Below are positions 13,612 to 25,085 of a stretch of 64,000 bases of DNA, piece by piece. This DNA comes from Centroscyllium fabricii (lineage: Eukaryota). Each line of letters starts with the position of its first letter. Positions within the stretch are counted from its first letter, which is position 1. Location: the NCBI GenBank assembly GCA_051313645.2, contig JBNRSN020000006.1, positions 246,078,001 through 246,142,000 of the forward strand, in the 5' to 3' direction. The position numbers were made by a program, and so were the translations under genes. Below the pieces are notes generated by a model, which searched no databases, had not been told where the DNA came from, and saw only the letters and a program-made list of their open reading frames with translations.

Positions 13612-14974
13612 AACATAGAATCATAGAATCATAGAAGATAGGAGCAGGAGTAGGCCATTCAGCCCTTCGAGCCTGCTCCGCCATTCAATGAGATCATGGC
13701 TGATCTTTAGCAAGCTAGTACCCCGTCCCCGCCTTTTCTCCGTAACCTTTAATCCCTTTAGCTTGAAGAAATATATCCAATTCCCTCTTGAATATGTTTA
13801 ATGAACTGGCCTCCACCGCCCTCTGTGGCAAGGAATTCCACAGGCCCACCACTCTCTGAGTGAAGAAATTCTTCCTCATGTCTGTCCTAAATGGTTTACC
13901 CCTTATTCTTAGACCGTGGCCCCTGGTTCTGGACTCCCCCGCCATTGGAAACATTCTCTCTGAATCTAACCTGTCCAGACCTTTCAGAATTTTATACGTC
14001 TCAATGAGATCGCCTCTCAATCTTCTAAACACCAACGAGTACAAGCCCAGACTACATAGTCTCTCCTCGTAGGTCATTCCTGCCATTCCAGGAATCAGCC
14101 TGGTGAAACGCCGCTGCACTCCTTCCATGGCAAGAACATCCTTCCTCAGGCGAGGCGACCAGAACTGTACACAATACTCGAGGTGTGGTCTCACCAGTGC
14201 CTTGTACAGCTGTAGTAAGGTATCCTTATTCCTATACTCGAACCCTCTTGATATGAAGGCCAACACACCATTTGCCTTCCTAACCGCCTGCTGCACCTGC
14301 GTGCTCGCCTTCAGCGACTGGTGCACAAGAACACCCAGATCTCTTTGTACCTCCCCATCTCCCAATCTATTGCCATTTAAGTAATAATCTACCCTCCTGT
14401 TTTTGCCCCCAAAGTGGATAACCTCACATTTATCCACATTATAGTGCATCTGCCATCTATCTGCCCAGTCCCCCAACTTATCCAAATCGCCCTGTAACTT
14501 CCTGACACCCTCTTCAGAGCCCGCCCCCCCTCCTAGTTTGGTGTCATCCGCGAATTTGGAGATATTACATTCAATTCCCTGATCCAGATCATTAATATAT
14601 ATTGTAAACAGCTGGGGTCCCAGGACAGACCCCTGCGGTACCCCACTAGTCACCGGCTGCCACTCAGAAAACGAGCCGTTAATTCCAACTCTCTGTTTTC
14701 TATCTGCCAACCAGTTCTCTATCCACATCAAAACTTTGCCCCCAATCCCATGAGCCTTAATTTTACATGCTAATCTTTTATGTGGAACCTTATCGAAGGC
14801 TTTCTGGAAGTCAAGGTACACCACATCTACTGGCTCTCCCCCATCTATTTTCCGAGTTACTTCCTCAAAGAATTCCAATAGATTAGTTAAACACGATTTA
14901 CCTTTTGTAAATCCATGTTGACTCTGTCCGATCTCATCCCTAATTGTCAAATGCTCCGAGATTACATCCTTGAT
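13612..14974 (-). mobile_element. Young CR1 (HER1-like) LINE, 5'-truncated
   Basis: Uninterrupted 411-aa RT C-terminal ORF 13715-14950; (ATTCTATG)n tail; 3' UTR shared with the HE1 SINEs in this window. Confidence 0.97.
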
Positions 14975-15648
14975 TTACATGATTTGCCTTCATCAAATCC
15001 AACTGACTATCCTTCATGAACCAATGTATTTCTATGTTTAGTGTTTTTCTTTTGTTTGAGGTTAGCTACAGGTGTTCTTGCAGACGATAACAAAGCTGGG
15101 CAACTAGCTTTGCGCTGACACAGACCCTGCAAGTGTAGCTATCCTCGGTCATTGCCAGGTATGTGTGGTAAGACCAGTTGGTACTGTTGCTGACGTAATG
15201 GCTTACCTCGTGTGCATGCTGATCTCCCTGGCATGCCTTCTTTTATCTTTGTATCACTTCAATCAACGAAGCACCAGTGATTAATTTTAAATCCTCTTGC
15301 CAAAAAACATGGGACTCTGTAGCTTTAGTAGGATGGCTTGTTTCTCTCAATGATGAGTGAACATCTGTATTGTGATGGCCCTTTTTCTTGTCTGCTCTTT
15401 CACCATTATCCTGTTCTGTTAAATTTTTGTAAGTGCTTCAATCACAATGGACTTCATGGGAACTTTGCAGACATTATGCAGTGAACACTGCTTTGCTGAC
15501 TTCCTTCAAGTGGCTGGAAGGATCACCTCGTACAGAAGGTACGACATTAATCAGGGCCAGAGTGGTCTCCAGGGCTAGTTACAATCGCCTAAGAGGGTCA
15601 GAGAGGAATTTTCCAGATGTTTTTTCCCTAAGTGGCCTGGGGCTTTAT

Positions 15649-16190
15649 GGGCCTAAAATTGCAGGCCTTCCTCCCCTTCTTAAAGGGGAGGGGCCTTGCG
15701 CAGCATGACCCAGGACCCAGATGGGCCCCTGGGAATCCGGAGCATCAGCAAACGAGCCAGGCACTCAAGAGAAATGCCGGGCGCATGGAACGCAGCAGGT
15801 ACTCCACGGGGGGGCGGGGGTGGGTAAGGAGCCCGGGGATGGGAGCGGAGGCAGGTGCTGGCAGGCGGCCATCAACAATAATGGCTGCCACGCACCTCAC
15901 CTGTAAATACTCTCTGCCCGGCCGCAGGTAGGCCCCCCTGGCCCCATTGGACATAGTGTCCACTTGTAAGTCAGGGGGCGCTCCTGAAGATTGCGGCCGG
16001 GGCGCGAGCGGGGCACTGTGCACGGCGATGACATAATCACCTGCACTGCAGCGCCACGGGGCACCACTGGTTACTGTCGCCACTAACCTCTCGCTGAATT
16101 TCGTGGGAGGCGTTGGCAGCACCACGCCTGGGTGCTAGTCGCATTGCACCCCGTTAGCCTCTCCCGGGAGGTTACATGACCTCTGGGTGG
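15649..16190. mobile_element. GC-rich non-autonomous element, probably Harbinger-type
   Basis: Starts GGGCCTAAAATTG; CpG-rich, no coherent ORF. Confidence 0.4.
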
Positions 16191-16199
16191 GGTGGGGAT

Positions 16200-16352
16200 C
16201 AAAGTTCCCTGTAATTTTACTCAGCGCATGCAGGGCTGCGCGGGCCACTCAAAATAACTTGCATGCATGATTTTTCTCATTGAAAAGTCGGCAAGCTGGC
16301 TGCGTGGGGTCGCTGCAGCACTGCACGGCCACACAGCTTACCGGGAACATTA
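16200..16352. mobile_element. hAT-type MITE, 153 bp
   Basis: Imperfect TIRs CAAAGTTCCCTGTAA / TTACCGGGAACATTA; 8-bp TSD GTGGGGAT / GTGGGGAA. Confidence 0.75.
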
Positions 16353-16360
16353 GTGGGGAA

Positions 16361-16580
16361 TGGATGATGCACAAGGAATTGCAGTTGTAGCATAGCATAC
16401 AAGGCTATGGACCAAATGCTGGAAAATGGGATTAAAATAGATAGAGCTTGATGGCCAGCGGGGACGTGATGGGCCGAAGGGCCTCTTTCTGTGCTGTATA
16501 ACTCTGTGACTCTATGACTCTATTGTGTGAGACAGGCTGGATGGACTGGAGGGTCTTTTCTTGTCCATCATTGTTCGTAC
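16361..16580 (+). mobile_element. Short CR1-type 3' tails (two adjacent)
   Basis: GGGCCGAAGGGCCT...(ACTCTATG)n tail followed by a second tail-like segment. Confidence 0.65.
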
Positions 16581-16587
16581 TATTCAG

Positions 16588-16737
16588 ATATTTATGTATC
16601 CAGAGAAACATTCCAGCCATGTTTTTGATGCCAAAAAGAAACGTGAGCAAAGAAAAGAAGCCAAGAAAAATGGAAACATCAGAAAATAGAACATTCAAAA
16701 AACCACAGCAATCAAGAAGCATTGAGAAAGAATAAAA
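16588..16737 (+). other. Candidate terminal exon of the unidentified host gene
   Basis: Possible acceptors before 16588 and 16604; purine-rich; stops at 16626-16628 or 16733-16735 depending on frame; AATAAA at 16732-16737. Confidence 0.3.
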
Positions 16738-18242
16738 AAATCATTAAAAATAACTTTGCTCCTCCAGGATGTTTTAGCACAAAGCTCTATTCTACACTCA
16801 TTGCAGATGGGTGAGCTGAGTGCACTGCATACATCCTTGAATGGCAGAAAAGCACTTGCACTCACATTTACATGTATAATTTGCATATTCAAATGTTTAA
16901 ATTAGCTTCGCACACAAAACGCGTGAGAGCAGACCACATGGGTAGTTAAGCCTGAGTAGCACAATCATAGGAGGTGGGATCCCAGCAGGAGACTGGGGAC
17001 ATCCCATGGTGTCAAACCTTCACGGTCGCTGCCCGCTCGAGTCATGGAAGTGATCCCGCGAGCCGGAAGAATTCCCCTCACACGGGCACCCTTCTCGTCA
17101 TGTCCAATCGCTGTTTTGTGTAGGTTGTTGTTTTAAATCTTGGAGTGAGTTACATCCTCTTTGCTCACTCCAGCCGCCTTCAAATTTAACACATATATTT
17201 TACACATAACAACATTATGATAGCCTGTCATAGTCTGCAATCATATAATTTCAACTCTGTTTTAACTGTCAATGACACTGTTTTCACTCTATTCAGATAA
17301 TTATATGTATTATAGATGGTAGGAAGAAACCCTTGTGGAATTTCTGGTCCTCTGTCTTAATAACTAGTTATGGTGAAGCACTCCATGTTCTTAGTACCCT
17401 TCTGTGAGAAAAAAATCTTCTAACTTGCCCATTCCTTATTTTAATGATTATCCTCAGTCCACGTATTTTAAATTAAAATAGCTGAAAGTTAGGGGAAGAC
17501 ATTAGGTTAGGGTGGCGATACCAGTGATGTATGTGCCTGCAGCATCCGTCCAACATGGAAGTCAGCGAGCTGCAGGCTCTGAACAGGCGCCATGCTGAAG
17601 CTCACTGGTTTCCCTTGGTGAAAGATCAGCTGACTGTAGCACAGTGCCAGCTGGCAGGTCCGCCAATTCTTGGGGGGCGGTGGGGGTGAGGGAACGGAAT
17701 GGATGCCGGAAGGTTGAACAAGAACGGGCCGGCAGAAGTTCGGAAGTTTTTTTTGACCCCTAGCAGAACACTCCTGCTCCTCCTGACCCCACAAAAATCT
17801 TTTATTAGAAAACCCCCATAAATGTACCTTTTTGGAGAGGCTTTAAGGACCACCGATTAAGCCTCTCAATGCCTGGAGAAATGGGACTGCCATGCACTGT
17901 GCATGCTCCGCCCATTTCTCTTTGGAAGTTGCAATTGGGGACCAACAACAAGCGTAGGACCCCAATTCTCATAAATAAATAGCCTCCCGTCTGGTTTGGG
18001 CAAGGTTGATTCAGGTGGGCAAATGGACGCATATGACTGCCACAAGACAATCAACTGCAGGTTGCCCGTTTTTCAGGTGAGAAACGAGTGGTCAGAAGTT
18101 GGACGTCTCTCCCGAAGATGTAAATTTTACTTCCAAATCGGAAAACATACAAAAATGTGGATCTTGGAGTGACGTTATCCTAAAACTATTTATTTTCTTT
18201 TTACAATGCTGCCTGTTCCCAATATTGTCATCTCCATTAAAG

Positions 18243-18274
18243 ATGAACAAGTGTATTGTGGAGGTGACATTGAT
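18243..18274 (+). other. Candidate 32-nt micro-exon
   Basis: Weak acceptor ctccattaaag, strong donor GAT|gtaagt. Confidence 0.25.
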
Positions 18275-19709
18275 GTAAGTACGTTTAATATTAGAGAGAT
18301 TAATAGATTAGTACAGACAGAGACGCAGATATACACAAATGCATGGATAGATTAATATATAAATAGACAGATACCGTTTTATTTTCAAAATCGTGGATAC
18401 TAAGATTAAATCAAACCATTTTATCAATAACACCTTGGATTTTAATCTACTTTTTTCTGCACCTGCTTTTCGTTATAATTGAGAGATTGAGGTGCAGGGC
18501 CCGGGCCCACAGCGTAGGAACTACTGAAGTCAAAGACAGTGACAAAGAAAAGGCTGCAGATTGTAGGAAGAAACTAAGACTAGGGGTTAAGGTTCAGAGA
18601 AAGACCTAGTTAGTGCAGAACAGTGCCTCACCCAACCTGTGCTAGTGCAGCTCTACCAATAGCGACATGGCACTGATTCATGATCATGTACCTGTGGATG
18701 GATTGGCACGAGCGATGTGGTGTGAGCACCAAAAAACTATCCTCCATTTATTCATCTTCTTCTGTCATCAACTCACTTTCTTAATCTTCACAGGAGGGGC
18801 TATATTTGCAAAGCAGATGCATGAAAGTGTCTTCTGGTGTCACCTATCCTTGAAGGCATTGTCTTGGGGATGCACTGTAAACCTTCTCCCCTTTCTCTTC
18901 CTGTAAGTTCTTCCAAAGATGATGACGCACCCCAGAAAATTTATGCAATGATACATCAGGTGATTCACACATCACAAGTGAGGAGAAAGCAGTGTGTATG
19001 ACAGACTAGGAAGAGGAAAGATGTGGCCAAGGTGAGGGCCCAGGCATTTAACTGCTGTATGGGTAATAAATTAGTATCCTACTAAACTTGCATTTAGAAT
19101 GCAGTTAATTTAAGAGCAGGAGGTATTATTCATGAACTTTCAGTCTGTAGTGGCCAGCCTACAGCTGTGGGCAGAGAGAGTGCAGCACTGCAACTCTGAC
19201 ATCACTGCAGTCATGCATGAGGGGTTTACTGAAATGTGAAGTACTATGAAATGAATGGAAACTACAAGGCCATCTGCAGGGGAGCCCTAGAACATAGAGG
19301 GTGCAAGAGCAGAATAACATGCCCTCATGAACGTGGTAACTGATGGTGTCGAGACCTTGGCCATCCATTTACACCAATCTGTCACTGCTGTATTTGACAG
19401 GTTGGCTGCAAAAAGCACCTATGGCAGAGTTAACTCACATTGCAGACACCCTGCTTACTGTTGTCATGCAGATCATGGTCATGGGGTGGTCAACTAGAGG
19501 CTTGGCAAGATAAGGATTCAATGAAGCGGCATCCTGTTCTGCTCCAGCTAGGCCCCTCAAAAGCTTGATGGAAAGCCAGGGAGGGGGCCGATGCTTACTG
19601 ATGCCGCATGGTCAAGCATGGCTCCAGCTGCTGTAGAGACATCCCATAACAATGTACCCAGAGGTTCAAGGCTGCAACTATCCCAATAGGATCTGAGCAC
19701 CCAACAACA

Positions 19710-19842
19710 TGGGTTCGGGCAGGATGGAGAGTGAAAGTAGGTTTGAGGTTAGGATCAGATCAGCCATGATCTTATTTAATGGCGGAGCGGGCTTGAGGGG
19801 CCGATTGGCCTACTCCTGCTCCTATTTCTTATGTTCTTATGT
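19710..19842 (+). mobile_element. CR1/HE1-type 3' tail
   Basis: GATCAGCCATGATC...CTCCTATTTCTTATGTTCTTATG. Confidence 0.85.
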
Positions 19843-20798
19843 AACAACCTGCCACCACAGTTACTCCTCCCAGTTAGAAAGCAGTCTTTGGTTACATAGT
19901 AGGACAAGAATATCATAGAAAGGGGAAGAACAGGGCTTAAAGCTGATCATTAATGTAGTTAGCCCAATGTAAATTGTCCTTTGTATGAATAGTGTTTGCT
20001 GAGATAGTAATGCTTTGCGGAGACTGAAAGATAGCAGTTCAGCTTTTGCAGAGGCAATGCACACATCTTTTGAGGGAAACAACAGTGGTTTAATCAACAG
20101 GTCGGATCAAAGATCTGCAGTCCTGCCACATCCAGTCATGGTCAATTAAACAACTAACGGGAGGAGGAGGTTCCATGAATATCACCATCTTCAATGATGG
20201 CGGAGCCCAGCACGTGAGTGCAAAAGACAAGGCTGAAGCATTTGCAACCATCTTTAGCAAGTAGTGCCGAGTGGAAGATTCATATTGGCCTCCTCCTGAG
20301 GTCCCCACCATCACAGCAGGCAGTCTTCAGCCAATTCGATTCTCTCCAAGTGATATTGTGGCGACACGCCCACCAAGACCAACGAATCCGCCTCGGGAGT
20401 ACTGTGGGACACGGCCCCGCCCGCCGGGCGGCGTGATGACGTCACCGCGACTTCCGGCGTGATGACGTCACCGGGACTTCCGGCAGTGACATCACCAACC
20501 GCGGGCCCTTTAAATATGCCTGTTCCAGGTGGCTCAGTCTCTTCGCTACCTGGCCCTTGCAGTGTTAACTATTAAATGAGTGTTATCCGATTTCACTGTG
20601 TCTAGCGTGGTTCTTCAGGACTGCATGCACTACAGTGGTGACCTCGATACTTGGAACGACTTCCAAGGGAACATAATGAAGCAGTTGCTGCAGGACTGAG
20701 GGCCAAGCTGCCTCAGTACACTCCCAACCAACATGCCAGCAGGGAGCCAAACAGCGTGACTTCACAGACTGGGCCAGAACTACGGCCAAATACCAACC

Positions 20799-21473
20799 TT
20801 GCCAGAGTTCTGGGAACTACGTCCAGCGGCCTGGTTCCTCAGCACGGAGAACACCTACCGCATCCATGGCGTACAGGGGGACGATCGATACAACCTGCTC
20901 TTCGCGGCCCTATCACAGACCACAGTCGACCGAATGTGGTCATCGATACAGCACGAACCAACCGCTGGCAGGTACGAATTCCTTAAGGCCGCGCTGCTAA
21001 AGAAATTCACCCCCTCCCAGTTTGAGCGCGACTGCCAGCTCATTAACCTCCCCGAACTCGGGGACGCAGACCCATCGGACCTCTGGGCCCAAATGGAAGC
21101 GCTCAATTGTGACCCGGCCACCATTAAGCGCAACTTGTTCCTCCTCAAACTGCCTCCCTCCGTCAGACCGGCTCTGACGGTCCTCGACCACTACACTAAA
21201 CAGCAACTGGCTGAGGAGGCCGACAAGCTGATGAGGGCCGAGCACTCCCGAGCCGCCACGTGCGAGCCCACTGCCGCGGCACCGGAGCACTACTATGCGC
21301 ACCCCAGGTCCGGCCCCAAGTCTGATCCCAGGCCAGTGCGCACCCGCAAAAAGCGCGCACAACAGGCCCCGGCTGGTGTTACTACCACACCAGGTTTGAA
21401 GCTAAAGCGCAGCGCTGCGTCCAGCCCTGCACCTTCAAACCCCAAACCAGCTCAAGCCCCACCATGTCCGTAG
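20799..21473 (+). CDS. gag: Gag of element A (frameshift near 21345-21370 before the CHCC knuckle)
   Basis: LPEFW..P.AWF N-terminus; [18 protein letters not shown] lies in the pol frame. Confidence 0.85.
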   Translation: MPEFWELRPAAWFLSTENTYRIHGVQGDDRYNLLFAALSQTTVDRMWSSIQHEPTAGRYEFLKAALLKKFTPSQFERDCQLINLPELGDADPSDLWAQMEALNCDPATIKRNLFLLKLPPSVRPALTVLDHYTKQQLAEEADKLMRAEHSRAATCEPTAAAPEHYYAHPRSGPKSDPRPVRTRKKRAQQAPAGVTTTPGLKLKRSAASSPAPSNPKPAQAPPCP

Positions 21474-24400
21474 GCCGCACTGGAGCACTGCTCTTCATCA
21501 CGGACAGCGGCTCAGGCCTCCGCTTCCTCTGCGACACAGGCGCGCAGCACAGCATCGTGCCAGCCTCCCCCGCAGAAACCAAGCAAGGCACCCAAGGCCC
21601 ACCACTCGAAGCCGCAAATGGCTCCGAGATAGTTACGTTCGGCACCCGCAAGCTCACCATCAAGCTAGCAGGCCACACGTACCAGTGGGACTTCATCACA
21701 GCACAAGTCAAACTACCCATCTTCAGGGCCGATTTTCTTTGCGCCCACGGCCTACTGGTCGACGTGACCCGGCGCCGCCTGGTCGACATCCATAACATGT
21801 CGACCATCCCATGCTCCACAGGGCCGGCACACCAGACCCACGCAGCGTCCCACTGCCGAGCCCGGAACTCCGACACGTACGGCACGCTCCTCGCGGAGTT
21901 CCCAGCCCTCACCAACCCCACCTTCACAGCCCGCACGGCCAAGCATGGGGTGGAGCATCACATCACCACCACAGGCCCCCCGGTCCACGCCCACGCACGC
22001 AGGCTGGACCCGGCCAAGCTGGAGATCGCGCGTACCGAGTTCCACATCATGGAACAACTCGGCATAATCCGCCGCTCCAGCAGCCCCTGGGCCTCTCCCC
22101 TCCACATCGCCCCCAAACCCGGCGGTGGCTGGCGCCCCTGCGGAGACTACCGCCGCCTCAACAACGCCACCACCCCAGACAGGTACCCCGTACCCCACAT
22201 CCAAGACTTCTCAGCAAGGCTAGCCGGCTGCACGATTTTTTCAAAGATCGACCTGGTACGGGGCTACCACCAGGTACCAGTGCACCCAGCGGACGTCCCT
22301 AAGACAGCCGTCATTACCCCTTTCAGCCTTTTCGAGTTCCTCCGAATGCCCTTCGGACTCAAAAACGCGGCCCAGGCCTTCCAACGCCTCATGGACTCAG
22401 TCCTACGGGACTTGCAGTTCACGTTCGTCTACCTGGACGACATCCTCGTGGCCAGCACCTCCCCCCAGGAACACCTCCTCCATCTCAGGACCCTGTTCAA
22501 ACGCCTGGTCGAACACGGCCTTATATTAAGCCCCTCCAAATGTCGGTTCGGCCTAGAGACGATCGACTTCCTCGGCCACCGCATTTCCCAGACCGGGGCC
22601 ATACCCCTGCCCTCCAAGGTGCAGGCGGTCCAGGAAACCCCCCGCCCACACTCCATCAAGGGGCTGCAGGAATTCCTTGGGATGGTTAATTTCTATAACT
22701 GCTTCATCCCTGGAGCAGCCGCTCTCATGGCACCCCTCTATCAGGCCACCCGCGGGCAGTCCAACAAGGCTGCGGTCGAGTGGACGGCCGAAGCCACCAC
22801 CACCTTCACCGCAACCAAAACCGCCCTGGCCAATGCCACGCTCCTAGCCCACCCTAGGCCCAACGCCAGAGTGGCCCTCACCACCGACGCCTCCGACCGC
22901 GCCGTCGGAGCAGTCTACGAGCAGTGGACAGGCAACTCCTGGCAACCCCTGGCCTTTTTCAGCCGGCAACTCCGGCCCCCGGAGGTTAAGTACAGTGCCT
23001 TCGATAGGGAGCTACTCGCTCTCTACCTCGCAATGCGCCACTTCCGCTTCCTCCTAGAGGGCCGCCACTTTACAGCCTTCGTAGATCACAAGCCACTCGT
23101 GTCAGCAATGGCTAAGATCGCCGAACCCTGGTCGGCCAGGCAGCAACGCCAGCTCGCGGCTGTGTCGGAGTTTACCACCGACATACAGCACATCGCCGGC
23201 CGCAACAACGTGGTTGCTGACTGCCTGTCACGCCCCACCATCAACTCCGTACAAACGGCCGTCGACTACGCCAAACTGGCGGCCGACCAACTGACCGACC
23301 CCGATCTGCTCGACCCAGCTACCAACCTCCGCGGCCTGCACTTGGCCACCGTAGCACACGGGCCCACAGCCACGGCGGTCCGCTGCGACGTCTCCCTCCC
23401 GCAGCCCAGACCCGTCGTCCCCCACGCATGGAGGCGACACATCTTCCAGACCCTCCATGACCTGTCCCACCCCGGCGCCCGCGCGTCCACTAAGCTGATT
23501 TCGGCACGTTTCGTTTGGCGCGGCCTGCGCAAGGATGTCCGCGCCTGGACCAACGCCTGCACTGCCTGCCAGCACGCCAAGGTGCACAAGCACATCAAGG
23601 CACCACTAGAAACGATCGCCATCCCAGCTAGACGCTTCAGCCACGTCCACATCGACCTGGTCGGACCACTACCGCCATCACGGGGAAATACACACGTCAT
23701 GACAATGGTCGACCGCAGCACCTGCTGGCCAGAAGCAGTCCCACTCACCGCTACCACCACCGCGGACCTGGCCAGGGCCTTCATCGCCACCTGGGTCGCA
23801 CGTTTCGGCGTACCCACCGACATCACGTCGGACAGGGGCCCCCAATTTACCTCAACCCTATGGGCGACCATCGCCCACGACCTCGGGGCAACCCTGCACC
23901 GAACCACCGCCTACCACCCACAGGCCAATGGCCTCTGCGAACGGTTCCACCGCTCCATCAAAGCTTCCCTGCGGGCCAGCCTTAAGGACGCAACCTGGAC
24001 CGACCGCCTGCCCTGGGTAATGCTCGGCCTACGCTCAGCGGCCAAGGAAGACCTGCACGCCTCAGCGGCGGAACTCGTCTACGGCCAACCCCTAACCGTA
24101 CCAGGCGAGTTCATCGCAGAAACCAACGCCCCCTGGTCAGCCGACCGCTGCCTCAAGGAATTTAACAATCAGGCAGAGGCGTTCAAACCACTCCCGGTGG
24201 CCCGGCACGGAGAGCCGGCAGCACGTGTTCCAGATGGCATCAAGAACGCCAAATATGTGTTTGTCCGCCACGACGCACCTCGAACACCACTACAACCACC
24301 GTACGATGGACCGTACAGAGTGCTTCGGGCGGGACCTAAGACATTCCAAATCAAAATGGGCAACAGAACTGAGACTGGCTCGATTGACCAGCTCAAACCG

Positions 24401-24556
24401 GCACATGTAATGGCGGGCGAGACAACAGTCCCCGCGCAGCCACCAAAACGCGGACGCCCTACCGCACCAAAGCCCGCCCACACTCCCACGCAGAACAAGG
24501 AGCAGCGCACGACACGTGCCGGCCGCATCATCTGGCCACCTCAATGCCTCGCCTGA
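21464..24556 (+). CDS. pol: Pol polyprotein (PR-RT-RNaseH-IN) of element A, uninterrupted
   Basis: DTGA, YLDD, TDAS, HHCC zinc finger, DDE core, GPY motif. Confidence 0.97.
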   Translation: MSVGRTGALLFITDSGSGLRFLCDTGAQHSIVPASPAETKQGTQGPPLEAANGSEIVTFGTRKLTIKLAGHTYQWDFITAQVKLPIFRADFLCAHGLLVDVTRRRLVDIHNMSTIPCSTGPAHQTHAASHCRARNSDTYGTLLAEFPALTNPTFTARTAKHGVEHHITTTGPPVHAHARRLDPAKLEIARTEFHIMEQLGIIRRSSSPWASPLHIAPKPGGGWRPCGDYRRLNNATTPDRYPVPHIQDFSARLAGCTIFSKIDLVRGYHQVPVHPADVPKTAVITPFSLFEFLRMPFGLKNAAQAFQRLMDSVLRDLQFTFVYLDDILVASTSPQEHLLHLRTLFKRLVEHGLILSPSKCRFGLETIDFLGHRISQTGAIPLPSKVQAVQETPRPHSIKGLQEFLGMVNFYNCFIPGAAALMAPLYQATRGQSNKAAVEWTAEATTTFTATKTALANATLLAHPRPNARVALTTDASDRAVGAVYEQWTGNSWQPLAFFSRQLRPPEVKYSAFDRELLALYLAMRHFRFLLEGRHFTAFVDHKPLVSAMAKIAEPWSARQQRQLAAVSEFTTDIQHIAGRNNVVADCLSRPTINSVQTAVDYAKLAADQLTDPDLLDPATNLRGLHLATVAHGPTATAVRCDVSLPQPRPVVPHAWRRHIFQTLHDLSHPGARASTKLISARFVWRGLRKDVRAWTNACTACQHAKVHKHIKAPLETIAIPARRFSHVHIDLVGPLPPSRGNTHVMTMVDRSTCWPEAVPLTATTTADLARAFIATWVARFGVPTDITSDRGPQFTSTLWATIAHDLGATLHRTTAYHPQANGLCERFHRSIKASLRASLKDATWTDRLPWVMLGLRSAAKEDLHASAAELVYGQPLTVPGEFIAETNAPWSADRCLKEFNNQAEAFKPLPVARHGEPAARVPDGIKNAKYVFVRHDAPRTPLQPPYDGPYRVLRAGPKTFQIKMGNRTETGSIDQLKPAHVMAGETTVPAQPPKRGRPTAPKPAHTPTQNKEQRTTRAGRIIWPPQCLA

Positions 24557-25085
24557 GACTCACCTTTTATGCTCCATTTTTTTATTTTTACTTTATACTC
24601 CCTTTTTTTATTTTTAACTTTATTCTCCCTCACAGATTCTGGGGGGGAGCTGTGTGGCGACACGCCCACCAAGACCAACGAATCCGCCTCGGGAGTACTG
24701 CGGGACACGGCCCCGCCCGCCGGGCGGCATGATGACGTCACCGTGACTTCCGGCGTGATGACGTCACCGGGACTTCCGGCAGTGACGTCACCAACCGCGG
24801 GCCCTTTAAATATGCCTGTTCCAGGTGGCTCAGTCTCTTCGCTACCTGGCCCTTGCAGTGTTAACTATTAAATGAGTGTTATCCGATTTCACTGTGTCTA
24901 GCGTGGTTCTTCAGGACTGCATGCACTACAGTATCAAGAAACAGCTGAGCATACTGTATACAGCAAAGGCTATGGGCCCCAATAACATCCCGGCTGTCGT
25001 GCTGAAGACTTGTGCTCCAGAACTATCCTCACTGATAACCTACTCATCGTTGCTCATTTTGGGTTCTGGCTCCAGACCTCATTAC

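Larger units (their letters stand above)
20357..24930 (+). mobile_element. Full-length Ty3/gypsy LTR retrotransposon, CsRn1-type (element A)
   Basis: 278-bp TG..CA LTRs at 20357-20634 and 24653-24930 (4 differences); PBS TGGTGACCTCGA (tRNA-Trp-like); PPT GGGGGGGAG; TSD ATAT/GTAT. Confidence 0.97.

Noticed and set aside
15061-15158. Internal coding exon with a good donor CAG|gtatgt
   Set aside because: All frames from the possible acceptors hit stops, and it sits next to a CR1 remnant; not supportable without RNA data
18600-19700. Host gene ORFs
   Set aside because: Short, incoherent ORFs; possibly a decayed Harbinger accessory gene but too degenerate to call
21340-21475. Programmed frameshift between gag and pol of element A
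   Set aside because: The shift falls before the CHCC knuckle and relative B reads through in one frame, so it is more likely a 1-bp lesion or sequencing error
20855-24544. Many overlapping antisense or alternative-frame ORFs in A (likewise in B and D)
   Set aside because: Expected shadows of GC-rich coding sequence; no recognisable motifs
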